The position numbers were made by a program, and so were the translations under genes. Under the pieces are notes generated by a model that worked only from the letters and a program-made list of their open reading frames with translations, did no database searches and had not been told where the DNA came from. This document shows positions 15,700 through 28,600 of a stretch of 64,000 bases of DNA, piece after piece. The stretch's first letter is position 1. Each line of letters begins with the position of its first letter. Source of the DNA: Strigamia acuminata (Eukaryota); the NCBI GenBank assembly GCA_949358305.1, contig OX442314.1, positions 2,852,001 through 2,916,000 of the forward strand, read 5' to 3'.

Positions 15700-16994
15700 G
15701 TGGGCCGCATTGCGAGCAAGATGAACGAGTCGATCGTGGACGGGCTGCATATGATTACGATGTTGATGACTGGCACGCCCGTCACTTACTATGGCGAGGA
15801 GATTGGCATGGAGGACGTGGATTTGACGTTGGCGGAGACGCGAGATCCGAAGGCTTTGAGAAGGGACGAAGTATGGAATTTAAATCAATTTCAAAAGAAA
15901 TTAATAATGATTGAATTTTTATTTTTTAAGAGCAATTTTGCTGAAAAATCGCGCGATCCGGAGCGCACGCCGATGCAGTGGAACGACGCTGCGAATGCGG
16001 GCTTCACCAACGGGACTCCCTGGCTTCCGGTCAACCCCAATTATGAAGCCGGAGTCAATGTGGAGGTTATTAAAATTAATTTGATATAATTTGATGAAAT
16101 TTTGTTGATTTTTGACGAAATTTTGTTGATTTTTGACGTAATTTTGTTGATTTTTGACGAAATTTTGTTGATTTTTGACGAAATTTTGTTGATTTTTGAC
16201 GAAATTTTGTTGATTTTTGACGAAATTTTGTTGATTTTTGACGAAATTTTGTTGATTTTTGACGAAATTTTGTTGATTTTTTGATGAAATTTTGTTGACT
16301 TTTGACGAAATTTTGTTATTTTTTGACAAAATTTTGTTGATTTTTGATGAAATTTTGTTGATTTTTGACGAAATTTTGTTGATTTTTGACGAAATTTTGT
16401 TGATTTTTGACGAAATTTTGTTGATTTTTGACGAAATTTTGTTGATTTTTGACGAAATTTTGTTGATTTTTGACGAAAATTTGTTGATTTTATTAAATTT
16501 TGTTGATTTTATTAATTTTTGTTGATTTTATTAATTTTTGTTAATTTTATTAATTTTTTCAGGCTCAATTAAAAGCGGGACAATCGCACTTGCAAGTTTA
16601 CAAGAAACTGGTCAAGTTGCGAGACGAGACGGCCGTCCTGTACGGCTCGGTCGGCTTTTTAGAAGTCGTGGACGACGTGTTCGGCTTCACGCGCGTCAAG
16701 AAAGGCTCGCCGGGTTTCATCGTTCTGGTGAATTTCGGCGATAACGCCACCGACGTCGATCTGTCCACTCAGCCGGAGGTGAAGCCGATCAACTACGTGG
16801 GATCGCGGCAGGCGAACGACACGTCATTCACGTTCCCCGACGACGGCAACGTCGAGCTCTGCAGCAGCAATGTCCCGACCGATTCGCCGTTGAACCCGCG
16901 CGCCTCCAAGGGCAAAGTGCGACTCAACTCGCTGCCCCTCGGCCCCAAGGAGGCGGTGCTCATCAAGTTTGTACCCAATTTCCCCGAAAAATAA
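13727..16994 (+). CDS. SLC3A1: SLC3-family amino-acid transporter heavy chain (rBAT/4F2hc-like) with GH13 ectodomain; exons approx. 13727-14367, 14432-14589, 15041-15417, 15486-15870, 15931-16066, 16563-16994
   Basis: Cytoplasmic N-terminus, [21 protein letters not shown] motif, single TM helix, APRC cysteine. Followed by [38 protein letters not shown] and [10 protein letters not shown]. The SLC3A1 versus SLC3A2 assignment is tentative. Confidence 0.82.
14668..15010. repeat. Intronic 21-bp minisatellite (aaaatgcatttttcgagtcct)
   Basis: Tandem copies between exons 2 and 3. Confidence 0.9.
16090..16555. repeat. Intronic 21-bp minisatellite (aattttgttgatttttgacga)
   Basis: Tandem copies in the last intron. 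Confidence 0.92.
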
Positions 16995-18914
16995 TTCAGT
17001 ATTCAATCTTAATATTAAATATTGTAATATTAGTGTGTTTTATGATTTTTATTTCTTCTTCATTATATTTTAGGTTTTAAAGTGTTGCGCAACAAAAACA
17101 AGTTGCGAATCATTCCAAGTGTGAATTGACTTAAATTTTGTTTATTTGTAATAAAGTTTTCTTCTTTTTATGAGCATGCAAAACGGGTGTGTGTAGTTAA
17201 TAATAAATTACTGACGAACGACATAGCAATGAATAAGGCGGATGGAAAGAAATGAGATTGCATCATGCCTTCGCTGAAAGCGCCAGAACCTGCGATTGTA
17301 GTGGCTAGTATTAAATTTGATCACAAGTGGGCGCTGCGATATGGCGCTAGTGAATGCTTTTCCGTCAACATAGCAACGGTCGCGTTTGCGCTGTCTATTC
17401 TATTTCGCGCGTCGTTTTCGTCTGCTGTTTCCACTGGGATTTCCATTCGTTTTTCTGTATTTATGCAGAATTTTATTGTTTTACAACTGAGGAACTGGGT
17501 TAGGATTGTATTTCTTGTGGATGGTTTGATTTTGATCAACATTTCTTTGATTTTTTCATGTCTGAAAATGTTTTCATTCCATTTTAGGCCTAATCTAAAC
17601 TCATTCGAATTGAAATAGGCTGTTGAAATGACTTTTTTCAGACTGAATTTAAAATTGTATGTTTTTGTCTTTTCCCAATTTTTTTTGTCATTTTGTAGGG
17701 ATTTAAATTTAAATTTGAATATTTTTTGTAGTTTTTATGTAGTTTTTTCTCCAGCGGTGTTTTTTCTTTTTGTGATCAAAATCAATTCGATTTAATTCTT
17801 TTGCGAAATGTAAAAAATCCCAGAGATAATTAAGGATTCTTTTAAATTTTTAGAGTTTACATTCTATTCTATTGTTATTTGAGTATGGGGGTGTAAAATC
17901 CAACTCTCCACCTCCTCGTGGTCACCCCTGGGTCAAGCAAAAAGAGAGCTCTGGTCATAATAGAGTTGGTATTGTAGGCCTGCACTCCATTTACTCTATG
18001 GATGTAGCATTTACTAATTGTTATGCAATTTTGACACTATGACTGCTTGGTTTCACTATTTTTTTCCTTTTTCCATATTTTTCCATATCTCCTTTTCTCT
18101 AATCTTGCTTTTTGAAATCCTGCTGATTTGAGAGTACCTTGAAGTGTGCTTACTGTTCTGAACTATCCTGTTGTTTTTGGATCTTATTCAGGCCCATCTT
18201 TTCCAACTTTCTCTTGCTGATGCCTTTCCTCTCAATCTGAGATGGTTTCCTTGTGAATAATAGACCTTTTGATGGGGTATTTTGGTTACAACGCCCAACT
18301 TGCACTAGTTTATATTCTTTTCCAGATGTTTTGGCTAAATCAGTCAACTGGTTTTTTAATGTTGCTTTACTGGTTGGCTAATGACTTTTTGGCTGCAAAT
18401 TTGTTTGAACGTTCTTCAATAGAAACTTTCTTGCATATTATCTTGCAGACGTTTTAACATTTCCAAATGAGCAAATGGCCAGAGATTTCTTGTCAGTTTC
18501 GTTGTGAGGTCAAGCAAGACCTTTTGTTCTCTTTTGGTTTGTTTTCTGGTTGATCCTCTTTCATCAACCAAAAGTCCAGAAAATGTTTCCATTTCATTTT
18601 AGGTCTAATCTCAACTCTATTTTTTTGTGACTTGACAATGGTGCGACAACTTTCTATTCAAGATACTTTTTACTTGTCTGCCTGCACTCTAAAAAAATAA
18701 TTTATTTATTATTATTTTATTATAATTCATGTTGTCATGGCTTTCTGCCATGTTTTGCCATGTTTCTGGAGCTGCTTTGTCCAGAATCAATCACATTTCT
18801 AATTAAATTAATTATTGATTGATTAAATTAATACCGAAATGCAAGCATTTTCTGGTTTTCGAGGTTGATGTATTTATGATTCCTCGATTTGAGAATCCAC
18901 GAATACACAATATA

Positions 18915-19742
18915 CAGGGTGTTCTGAAAGTCTGGTCCCCTCCAAATATTTCCTAAGCAATTGCATCTAGGCCAACTTTGATGAAGGGATCATATAGGAA
19001 GTTGGGTGAAAGCAATCCAATGACGTCATCAAATTTGACCTTAAAGGTAATTTTCAAGGTCATTCACTTTCTAACTTTTAAACCGTTGAAGATACAGCAA
19101 AATTTCCAATTACAAAGTTGTAGAGCACCATCAAATTAGTACTATACAACTTATCTTAGTTATCTTAAGCCAATTTTTTCATAACGCGCAATATTGCAGT
19201 AACGCATGGCGACGCTATTCACATGCGCTACATCGCGTGTAGGAATTATTCTTACATGTCACGCATACGAATGTCGCGCATATTATCACAGGTTAATGAT
19301 TGGGTGCGAGGGAGTGTGGGTGGATGAGTTAGGAGTTGGTTTCTAGGTATCACTTAATTAGTTGTTCGAAATGTTGTCCTTCGACAGTTAGACAGAGTTC
19401 TGCATTGTTAGACTAATTTGATGGTGCTCTACAACTTTTTGATTGAAAATTTCAATTTGCTGATTTGTTTTCTTTTATTAAAAAAAAACTAAGGTGACTA
19501 AGATAAGTTGTATAGTACTAATTTGATGGTGCTCTACAACTTTGTAATTGGAAATTTTGCTGTATCTTCAACGGTTTAAAAGTTAGAAAGTGAATGACCT
19601 TGAAAATGACCTTCAAGGTCAAATTTGATGACGTCATTGGATTGCTCTCACCCAACTTCCTATATGATCCCTTCATCAAAGTTGGCCTAGATACAATTGC
19701 TCAGGAAATATTTGGAGGGGACCAGACTTTCAGAACACCCTG
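18915..19742. mobile_element. Internally deleted Tc1/mariner-superfamily DNA transposon with ~245-bp TIRs
   Basis: CAGGGTGTTCTGAAAG...CTTTCAGAACACCCTG ends flanked by TA. Long near-perfect TIRs at 18915-19160 and 19498-19742. Minus-strand remnant CLTVEGQHFEQLIK* (about 19352-19395) resembles a transposase C-terminus. Confidence 0.85.
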
Positions 19743-21889
19743 TATTATCATAAACAATGATCACATTGTGGCGGGTGGTCACCAATTGTAGGTCAAGAGT
19801 AATGGCAGAAATAGTGGGGGGTGAGGCTGGTTTTGCCTACACTGACAGGTAGCGTAGTTGGTCAGTAGCGACCTCAGGAGGGAGTGGTTGGAGGAATCTA
19901 ACACCACTGATCCATGGAGCTTAGAAACTAGGATCCAAGTCCAAAAATAAAGAAAGAAAGCAAACAGGTCTTTACACCAATGCTTTACTGAAATAAGAAT
20001 AACAATATATAATTTGCTAACAAGGAAATATAATAAAGAAAGCATACATCCATAGAGAAAAAGGCTTAATTTAGTCATAACATGGAAACTTGAGAAAAAT
20101 AGGAAATAACGCAGAAAATATAGAAACAACATAGGAAATTGAGAAATAATACAACAAGTTCGTCCAGGTTGTCAATTCTATTTGATATTTTGTACCACAG
20201 TGCCGTTTGTTGACGACGTTTACTTCTGGAGGAGGAGGAGCAGGAGGAAGAGGTGTTCTGGTTAGAAAGTGTATTACTGCAATTATAGTAACTGCTGTTA
20301 AAATAAAAATGACCAATCGTTCGATGAAACTCATGATGTAGTAGAAATCATCGCGATTAAATCCAAAACTTTTATTGGAGAATGGGGTTTTCTTACGATC
20401 TCTAATTCCTGTTTGGGAAATATTCTTTGTCTTCACTGTGTTATTATAAACAGCACAGCTTCTAAAATATAAATCAACATTGCTAAGTTTATTTATTTAT
20501 TATTTATTATCTGAAAAATACCTTTAAACTTTGAATCTTTGTGTGTTTAGTTTTTGTGCATGGTTTACTACCTCGTCTTTTTGTAAATGTTTTGTAGACT
20601 TCTGTAACAGCATTAGCATCTATATTTACTTTGTCTATCATTGGCATTTTACTAAACAAGAAAAAAAACAAATAAACAAAAACACTAAAACAATAACAAT
20701 AAACTTCTGCAGGATTCCAAGATTCTGCAATTTTTCTCAGAACCTGGAGCTGCCCTGATCCCTTGTTAGGGTTATTGGTCCTGGGCAGTCCTGACTAAGC
20801 CTAACCTAGACCTAGTCCCTGAAATGCAAAAGGAAGCAAGACAGAATACTAATTCTTAAAGAAAAATAAATTTTGATACAGTTCCTGACTGGGGTCCTGG
20901 GTCCCTGATTGAGGTGCCACTTTTAGATCTTTGCCCTTAGATATAAAATAAACATACACAGGTTTATGCCTAACCTTGTATACTAGTAGAAGTGAAAAAC
21001 CTTTATTGTTTCATACCTGATCAACTGTTGCTAGGGGAAAATATTGAAGCTGCATGATGTCTAAGCATAATGCTCTTGCATGACGCCTTAGCATCTTGCA
21101 CCCGCATGATGCCTTGTATATTATATTGTTGCCAATACAATGCACCATCTAACTGTGCTCAAACCTGCACAATTTCTTGTGGTGCAAATATACCAGTAAT
21201 TTTTCCCACAAAGAGTTTGCTTGTTGGGCTGGCATGTAGGTGTACTCCATTGTTGATCGCATGATCAGGTTATAGTTGGTTTCCCAGATGACTTGAGCTT
21301 GATTAGGCCTAAAATTTTCATACTTGCCATTAGCTTCCTGGGCCTAACCTTGGCATAACACCTGAAAATTTGAAAAAAAAGAGACAGAAACCAATTTTTT
21401 AAACTTAAACTAAGATACTTAATAATCTGCCTTGTCAACTTTTTTTATTTAAATATATTTGAAAGCTCTCTTGCATAGCAACCACACAATTGAATTAGGT
21501 CCAAGAAAATCTGTGTACTATATCGGAATTGTTTGCCATGTTGTCAAATTTTGAAAGTAAAAAAAAAATTAAAAACTAGAAGAAAAAAAAAATTACTTAC
21601 GGTACTACATTGTTGGCAAAATTTATCCAAAAAATTACTTCGTCCAATTTGAAAAGACAAAGGGATAAATTACTTTTGTAGCCGTCTTGTTTACAGTTTA
21701 TAAATTATTTTCGTTGCAATGTTCGTTCAAAAGAAGCATGGTTGACACGCAACTCGCAAATAAGAAACAAAAAGTAAACCTGATGAAAGATAATGAATCC
21801 ACAAAAATAGAAAACAAGTTTAGTAATGAATTAATTCTTTTCGCACCGATAAAATAATATGATACAAATCCGCCTCTGCAGACATTGGT

Positions 21890-22110
21890 CAGTGTGAAGT
21901 ATTCACTTGATATTCCACCTTGAAGAGTTGGGAGAGTTGAAGAGTTAGGCTTGGAGATTTGGTATTGAAATATAAAGTACTGCGCTAAAGAGCGCAGCAA
22001 TGAGGCGATGTTACATTTAGGATTTTGGAGTCGAGACTGATTCTTTATTGTAAAAGAATGGAGTGGGTTGCTAGGGGACAATCTCCTAGCAACCCACTGT
22101 ACAATGATAA
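21890..22110 (+). pseudogene. Possible decayed LINE (CR1/L2-like) RT C-terminal fragment
   Basis: Broken translations RLGDLVLKYKVL and FFIVKEWSGL resemble LINE ORF2 end motifs; several stops. Confidence 0.3.
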
Positions 22111-22497
22111 GGTAAGTATTGTTCAATTATGTAATAGAAATGGCGGGTCGCAGACACAACAGTCAGTTTATTGTAGAGTTCAGGCATGGACATAGGCGAT
22201 AAAATAGCACAAACTTTATACAAAAATGCAGTCGAATAATCTTTTAATAACCTTCAAACATACATCCGTAGAAAAGGTTTGAAAATGCTTTCGAAATTCC
22301 TAAATCTTTGAAGAAATGTAACGTTTTTTTTATTTCCGGCAAAAATAACCAAGAAATTCAAATTCACGTGGGGGGGGGGGGGTTGTTCTACCGTTATACT
22401 CGTTAAAATCGCGTTATTTCTGCATTTTTAACGGAATTTATTCGAAAAAAATTAAACATATCGAAGGATGTTTGTAGATACCCGGTGATAAACATTA

Positions 22498-22676
22498 AGG
22501 GGAATCAGAAAAGAAATTTAAGTACTTAACTGGTCAAGTACTTAAGTGTGGATATGCAACTGAGCATGCCCAGAACATTTTTAAAGTTTGTTTTTACACA
22601 CTGGGCATGCTCAGTTGCATATCCACACTTAAGTACTTGACCAGTTAAGTACTTAAATTTCTTTTCTGATTCCCCT
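22498..22676. mobile_element. Foldback MITE (~76-bp perfect inverted arms, short spacer)
   Basis: aggggaatcagaaaag...gcatgcccag is mirrored by ctgggcatgc...cttttctgattcccct; TA on both flanks. Confidence 0.8.
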
Positions 22677-22903
22677 TAGTTTCTTTGCACAGTATGTTGT
22701 AAGAGTGGAAGTGATTACACACGTAGTGAGTGATGGAAATTGACAAGTGAGTTTATTCTTTAAAAATAGGAGTCTAAATACGTGACGGGAGTAGTAAAAG
22801 CTCTCTGATTGGTACACATCTGGTTCGGTGACTTCTTTCATCCGCATTCATCTTGTATTATCGTCAACATGTAAACGAGTTAAAACATGTCGTGATTCGA
22901 CTT

Positions 22904-23501
22904 TGTGGTTAGAAGAATAATAATAATACACTTGGGAATACAATATAATATGCAGAATACTGCTTTATTCGAATAAACTTACTAATACAAATACGTTAGA
23001 TTATACTGGTCGTTGGTCCTCGGATTCTGCAGCAAATACGAGTTGCTGCTAAACAATGGACGATCCAATTGTTTAGGCCTACGCGTGGTCTGCTTGGTTG
23101 TCTAGGGGTTTCCACGTGTTGTAGTGAACACGCGAGAATTTGCTTTCTGGTGCGAATTAAACGAAAATCGTTTGGAGATTTATTCTCATGTGGATTGTCC
23201 ACGTTCAATAAATGTGGCTGTTTTACAGTTGAAATGGTCAGCGGGCACCGATCCTCGATCAATCCGTGAAACGACCTGAAAGGTGAGGTAAATGGTGCTC
23301 TTGCTGAAATGTGGTAACTGTAATATATTTCCAGTCGAGCTTCGGTCTTATATACTGACCGGAAGTGACGTCATATGCAAATCATCATGATTATGCAGGT
23401 TCGCAGAAACACCAGACTAGTCAGTCTAGTCGCTGTTTCAGACGCACTCTAGTGATAGAACTTACCGCTAATTATTTCTCAGGTGATGTGGAATCACCAC
23501 A
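22904..23501 (-). mobile_element. Possible solo or orphan LTR
   Basis: TGTGG...CCACA ends. Minus-strand TATA-like (about 23350) and AATAAA (about 22965). CCGGAAGTGACGTCA motif. No TSD found. Confidence 0.3.
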
Positions 23502-23997
23502 AACAATAGTGTGACATCGTGAAAATAAAGCTGGAAACTTGGTTAAAGATGTGCAGAAAACCGACATGCGTCCTCCATGTTTTAATGCACATCAAAGCAA
23601 TGATAAAAGTACAGTTAGAGGCTAATTGTCTCAAATATAATACAGCTATATAAATAGGACAAATCAATGTTTGAATACATTGATTTGTCCTTTACAAACA
23701 AAAGAAGCAAAAATACAATACGAAGATAGCAGACGACACGAAATGTAATACATACTAGTATGTGTGTTAACACATTAAAGTAACTTTATCGATCATCACA
23801 CGGATAATCAATGGATCACAACATACATATCTGCCATGTTAATCCTGAAACACATGGGAAAACCAACTAAATAATCTATCGCTAACTAATAACATGTGGC
23901 TTCCATTCGTTCTGGGGGTCAATGGCAACATTGGCGCCTGTAAAACTCCTACAAATTCCTCTCACAGATCGGCAATGTTGCTCAGCGTAGCTTTGTC

Positions 23998-24970
23998 TTA
24001 TTCATCTTTCTTAATTGCATTCTTTGTAATTCCGAGTCCGATCAAATTTCTTTCTATGGCGGGTCCAGCTAGGGGCTTTTTCAGGAAGTCGGCGAGGATA
24101 TTTTCTTCCAAAATATGTTCCACTTCGATTCGTCTGCGCTGAATTTCGTCCTTGATTTGGTGGATTCGCCGAGTATGGTATTTTGTTCTCGCCTTTTGTG
24201 GCCATCTTTGTAACAACTGGGTTGTGTTTAAGCTGTCGCAGAATATGGTTATTCGTTTCTCTTGGTGCTGAGGTGCGAGGAAGTTGCTCAGGTTTTGCGT
24301 CCATATTACCGTACTGCCTTGAATAAGGGCTGGGCGTAATTAAGCGCCGGCCAACCGCCAGCCGAAAAACCAATAAGCGCCGGCCCCGAATAAACACCGG
24401 GTTTATTGTAAATTTGTAATTCGTTTGGATGACGTTTTTTGTCTACCGTACACGTACACGTAATGTACGGTAGAAATGAGCTATTTAACACTCCTTCATT
24501 GTCTCACTGCTGCATTTCTACCAATAATACAGCGGTATGGCTTCAAAAAATTTGAAAAAACATGCATACGACCACAAATTTTTTTTTACTTGTTATTTTA
24601 AACTTTTTTCTCGGATAGAGGCCTGGCTTGAATAATCGCCTGGTTTTGAATAAGCGCCTGGCGGGCAAGTCGAAAAAAAAATAAACGCCCGGGCCCTTAT
24701 TCAAGGCAGTACGGTAGGTACTTCCTTTGCGCCCTCTGAGAGTGCATGCATTTCACTCTCGGTGCTTAATGTTGCGACTGTGTTCTGTTTTTTACATCTC
24801 CAATTTATAATCGCCGTTCCGTCTATTACCACGAACCCCGAGAATAATTTCGCATCCTCGGTCCGGTACTAACTGGCATCAGTGTAGGCGTGCAAATTTT
24901 GGGTCTCTTTTCGATACGTCAAGTAGTCAATTATTTTCTTCAAGTACTTTAAGGTTCGCTTCAGTGCGCA
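23998..24970 (-). pseudogene. Ty1/copia pol remnant (RT end and RNase H), split by a MITE
   Basis: ALKRTLKYLK, AYTDAS* (premature stop), WRCKKQNTVATLSTESE, ENILADFLKKPL; frameshifted. Confidence 0.85.
24309..24714. mobile_element. MITE with ~28-bp TIRs and TA TSD (Tc1/mariner/pogo-type)
   Basis: TA|CCGTACTGCCTTGAATAAGGGC ... GCCCTTATTCAAGGCAGTACGG|TA; it interrupts the copia reading frame. Confidence 0.88.
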
Positions 24971-25657
24971 ATAATTTTGTTAATTTTTGATAAAATTTTG
25001 TTAATTTTTGATGAAATTTTGTTAATTTTTGATAAAAATTTGTTAATTTTTGATAAAAATTTGTTAATTTTTGATAAAAATTTGCTAATTTTTGATATAA
25101 ATTTGTTAATTTTCCCCCCTAACTTTACTGTCCCCAAATAATGTTGTTCCCCCCAACCCATTTTGCCCCCAACACTTTCGAATGTCCCCCCAACACTCAC
25201 GAATGTACCCCCAACACTCACGAATGTACCCCCAACACTTAGGAATGTGCCCCCAACAGTTAGGAATGTGCCCCCAACACTTAGGAATGTACCCCCAACA
25301 CTTAGGAATGTACCCCCAACACTTAGGAATGTACCCCCAACACTTAGGAATGTACCCCCATCATTCTATCTGTGTACACAATGCCCGCTTCGCTTTTGAT
25401 GGTCGTCCGCGCTTTTGTTTTTGACCAATGGGAATAGTTACATGTTCACGTTCACGGACAATCACACTCGGTTTCGACTGCTTCCAATTCTAGCCGTCCG
25501 TGTAATGCTGCAAAGACACAGATGGCGTCACGGCAAACTTCTTGACATTGACTGATTCCAAGTTCCTTTCCAATGACCAACATCTCACCAATTCTTTTAG
25601 TTTAAAAATGAAGGTGTCAATGGGTAGTCTCTCCTGCAATGTCTCATGTGTGTTGAT

Positions 25658-28600
25658 TGAAGTGTATGATGGATTTAGATGGATTGATGGTGTTGGATTG
25701 AGACAGGAACAACTCAGGGTTTGACCATCACCTTGGTGGCTATTTGCATAAGTGCATTTATTCTACAGGTACACACAGGTGGCGCTGCAAAGGGCGGCGT
25801 CACAAAATGTCAAAATAAGTATGGAGTACAATACACTCCAACATCTCCTCAATTGTGTGACAGGAGGGAAAACAATTATAATATTGCAGTTGGAATAAAA
25901 CATGAAATGAAATAATAAACAATACAACAATTGAATTCTGACATGGAATAAATGAATGTAATTTGAATTATTGTGGGAAACCGTAAAATTGGGTTTGCTT
26001 GCGGTTTCTCCCAGATCTGCGTCTGCGTGCTGGTAGAGCAGGAATCGCTGGTGGAGTCAGCGGGCGCAGGACAGGCATCGCAACCGGAACGGGAGCAATG
26101 GGTTGGGCTGGAATAACCGCAGTTAAAGTGGGTGCATGAGCTAGGGCCTGGGTTGCTGTTGTTCGTGCGGCTGGCGTCTGTGCAGTTTGCAGCAAATCTT
26201 GTGGCCAAACGAACGGAAAGCTGCTAGAACTTTCCCCCTCAATTGGGAGCGGGCGCCCAATTATAACACGCTTACGCATTTGGTCCATGTGTCTGGACCA
26301 TTTTACAGCGTTGGCAACCTCGACCGTGTACGTGGTCGACGAGTTCTTTGCAGAAACGGTGCCTGGAACCCACTTGTCGTCGTGACGGTAGTCTCGAACG
26401 TAGACTGGATCGCCAATTTCGAAACTCCTCGCTTTGTCCATGATTGCGACGTCGGGCAACAAACGAGGGTTGAGCAGGTGTAATCTGGTGCGCAACTGGC
26501 GCTGCAGGAAAATTTCAGCCGGTGACTTTTGTGTTGTCACGTGCGGGGACGAGCGGTATGAAAACAGGAAACGGTTCAAGGCTTCTGCAAGTAAAAGATT
26601 TTGTTTGATTAATTTCTCCAACTGATGCTTGAAGGTCTTGACGAATCCCTCGACCGCTCCATTTGTGGCTGGGTGGTATGGTGGCGAAAACATGTGTCGG
26701 ACGCCATTCCCGGCCAAAAATTCGCGAAAACATGCTGCAGTAAACTGTGGTCCGTTATCTGAATGCACGTGGATCGGCAAGCCGTGTTGTGCAAACCAGT
26801 CCTGGAGAACGGCAATTGTTGCAGCGGTTGTGGTGGACGACATGGCGCGAACTTCGCACCACTTTGACTTCGCGTCCACGGCCAGTAGGAACGACTTTCC
26901 TAAGAATGGCCCAGCAAAATCGATGTGGACGCGGCCCCATACCTCGTCCGGTATCGGCCATCGAGTGGTGGACGAGCGAGGAGGAGCTGGGAGTGCCCGT
27001 TGGCAAGCGTCGCACGAGCGCAAGGTGCGTTCGACGTCATTGTCGATGCCTGGCCACCAAACCGTGGTGCGCGCAAGTGATTTGGTGCGCACAATGCCGT
27101 AGTGGCCTGCATGCAATTCCGCCAAAATTGCAGCTTGCAGGCCGACCGGAACCACGATTCTGTCAGATAAAAATAACACATTATCGAAAATGGAGAATGA
27201 GTCTCTGTGCTTGTAAAATGGTGCCATTTCAGGCGTGTGGTGCTGCCATCCATTTCGTGCGCACTGAAGCACGGCTTGCAACAGGGGGTCAGCTGCATAC
27301 GCTGCGAGCAGAGACGTTGGTGAAACTGGAAACTGTCGAACTGACGTGGAAAAAATCTGAATTGCGCCGACTTCAAGGTCCTCGGTGGTGTCGATCAAAG
27401 GCTGGGGGTTTCTGGACAATCCATCCGCGATCGCGTTGTCCGCTGCTGGAACGTGGGTGATCTGGAAATCGTAAGCAGAGAGAAAAACCGCCCAGCGATG
27501 GAGGCGTGCAGCCACGATCTGGTTGCAGCCCTTCTTTTCTCCAAAAATCGACACTAAGGGCTTGTGGTCAGTGCGGAGCATGAAACGTCTGCCGAACAAA
27601 TAATGGTGAAATTTACGCACACCAAACACAATTGCGTAACCTTCGCGGTCGATCTGCGCGTAGTTGCGCTGCGCAGGCGACAAAAGGGAGGACGCGAATG
27701 CAATCGGGCGATGCACTGCTGCGCTGTCGATGTGGGAGAGGAAGGCTCCGACTCCCACTGGCGAGGCATCGACCGTCAAAAATACTGGTTTGCGTTGGTC
27801 GTAATGTGCCAGCGCCGATTCCGTTGAAACCGACGTGCGAACCTCTTGCCATGCCGTCTCGTGCTGTTTGGTCCAAGTCCACTTGACGTTGTCGCGTGTC
27901 AGGCTGTACAGCGGCTCGAGCAGGGTCGACAGGTTGGGCACAAATCGGCGATAGTAGTTTACTAGGCCTATAAACGACTTGAGAGAAGTGACGTCCAACG
28001 GACGAGACGAGTTTCGCAGCGGCTCTATTTTCGAGGCAATCGGTGAAATCCCTTGTTTGGAGATTCGCAGGCCTAAAAAATCAACAGATTGGCGCAAGAA
28101 CTTGCATTTAGATTTACTCAAAGTCAGTCCAGATCGGTTGAATGCCGCTAGCAAGCGATCGAGATTGTCCAAGTGAATGTCGTTTGTTGCGCCTGTGACC
28201 GCCGAGTCGTCGATGTAAGGTTGTGTTGCATCTATTTCTGTCGTCAAATCGTCCATTGTGCGTTGGAACAGCGCTGGAGCCGTGGAAATCCCGTAAAAAA
28301 GTCTATTGACACAAAAAAGCCCAATGTGGGTGTTAATGGTGCATAAATCTTTGCTGGCGTCGTCCAATTCGAGTTGGTTGTACGCATGATTCATGTCGAG
28401 TGTGGAATAAGATTCCCCACCCGACAACTTTGCTGCCACGTCAGCGAACAGCGGCAATGGGTACGAGCACGGGAGCACCGCCTTGTTGACAGTGCGGTTG
28501 TAGCACCCGGCTATCTTCATTGTGCCTTCCGACTTACGGACGTGCATGATGGGCGTAGCCCATTTGGAGGACGCCACAGGAGAAATTATGCCCAGAGCTT

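Noticed and set aside
22061..22098. 14-bp hairpin as a Helitron 3' end
   Set aside because: No CTRR terminus follows it and there is no other Helitron evidence.
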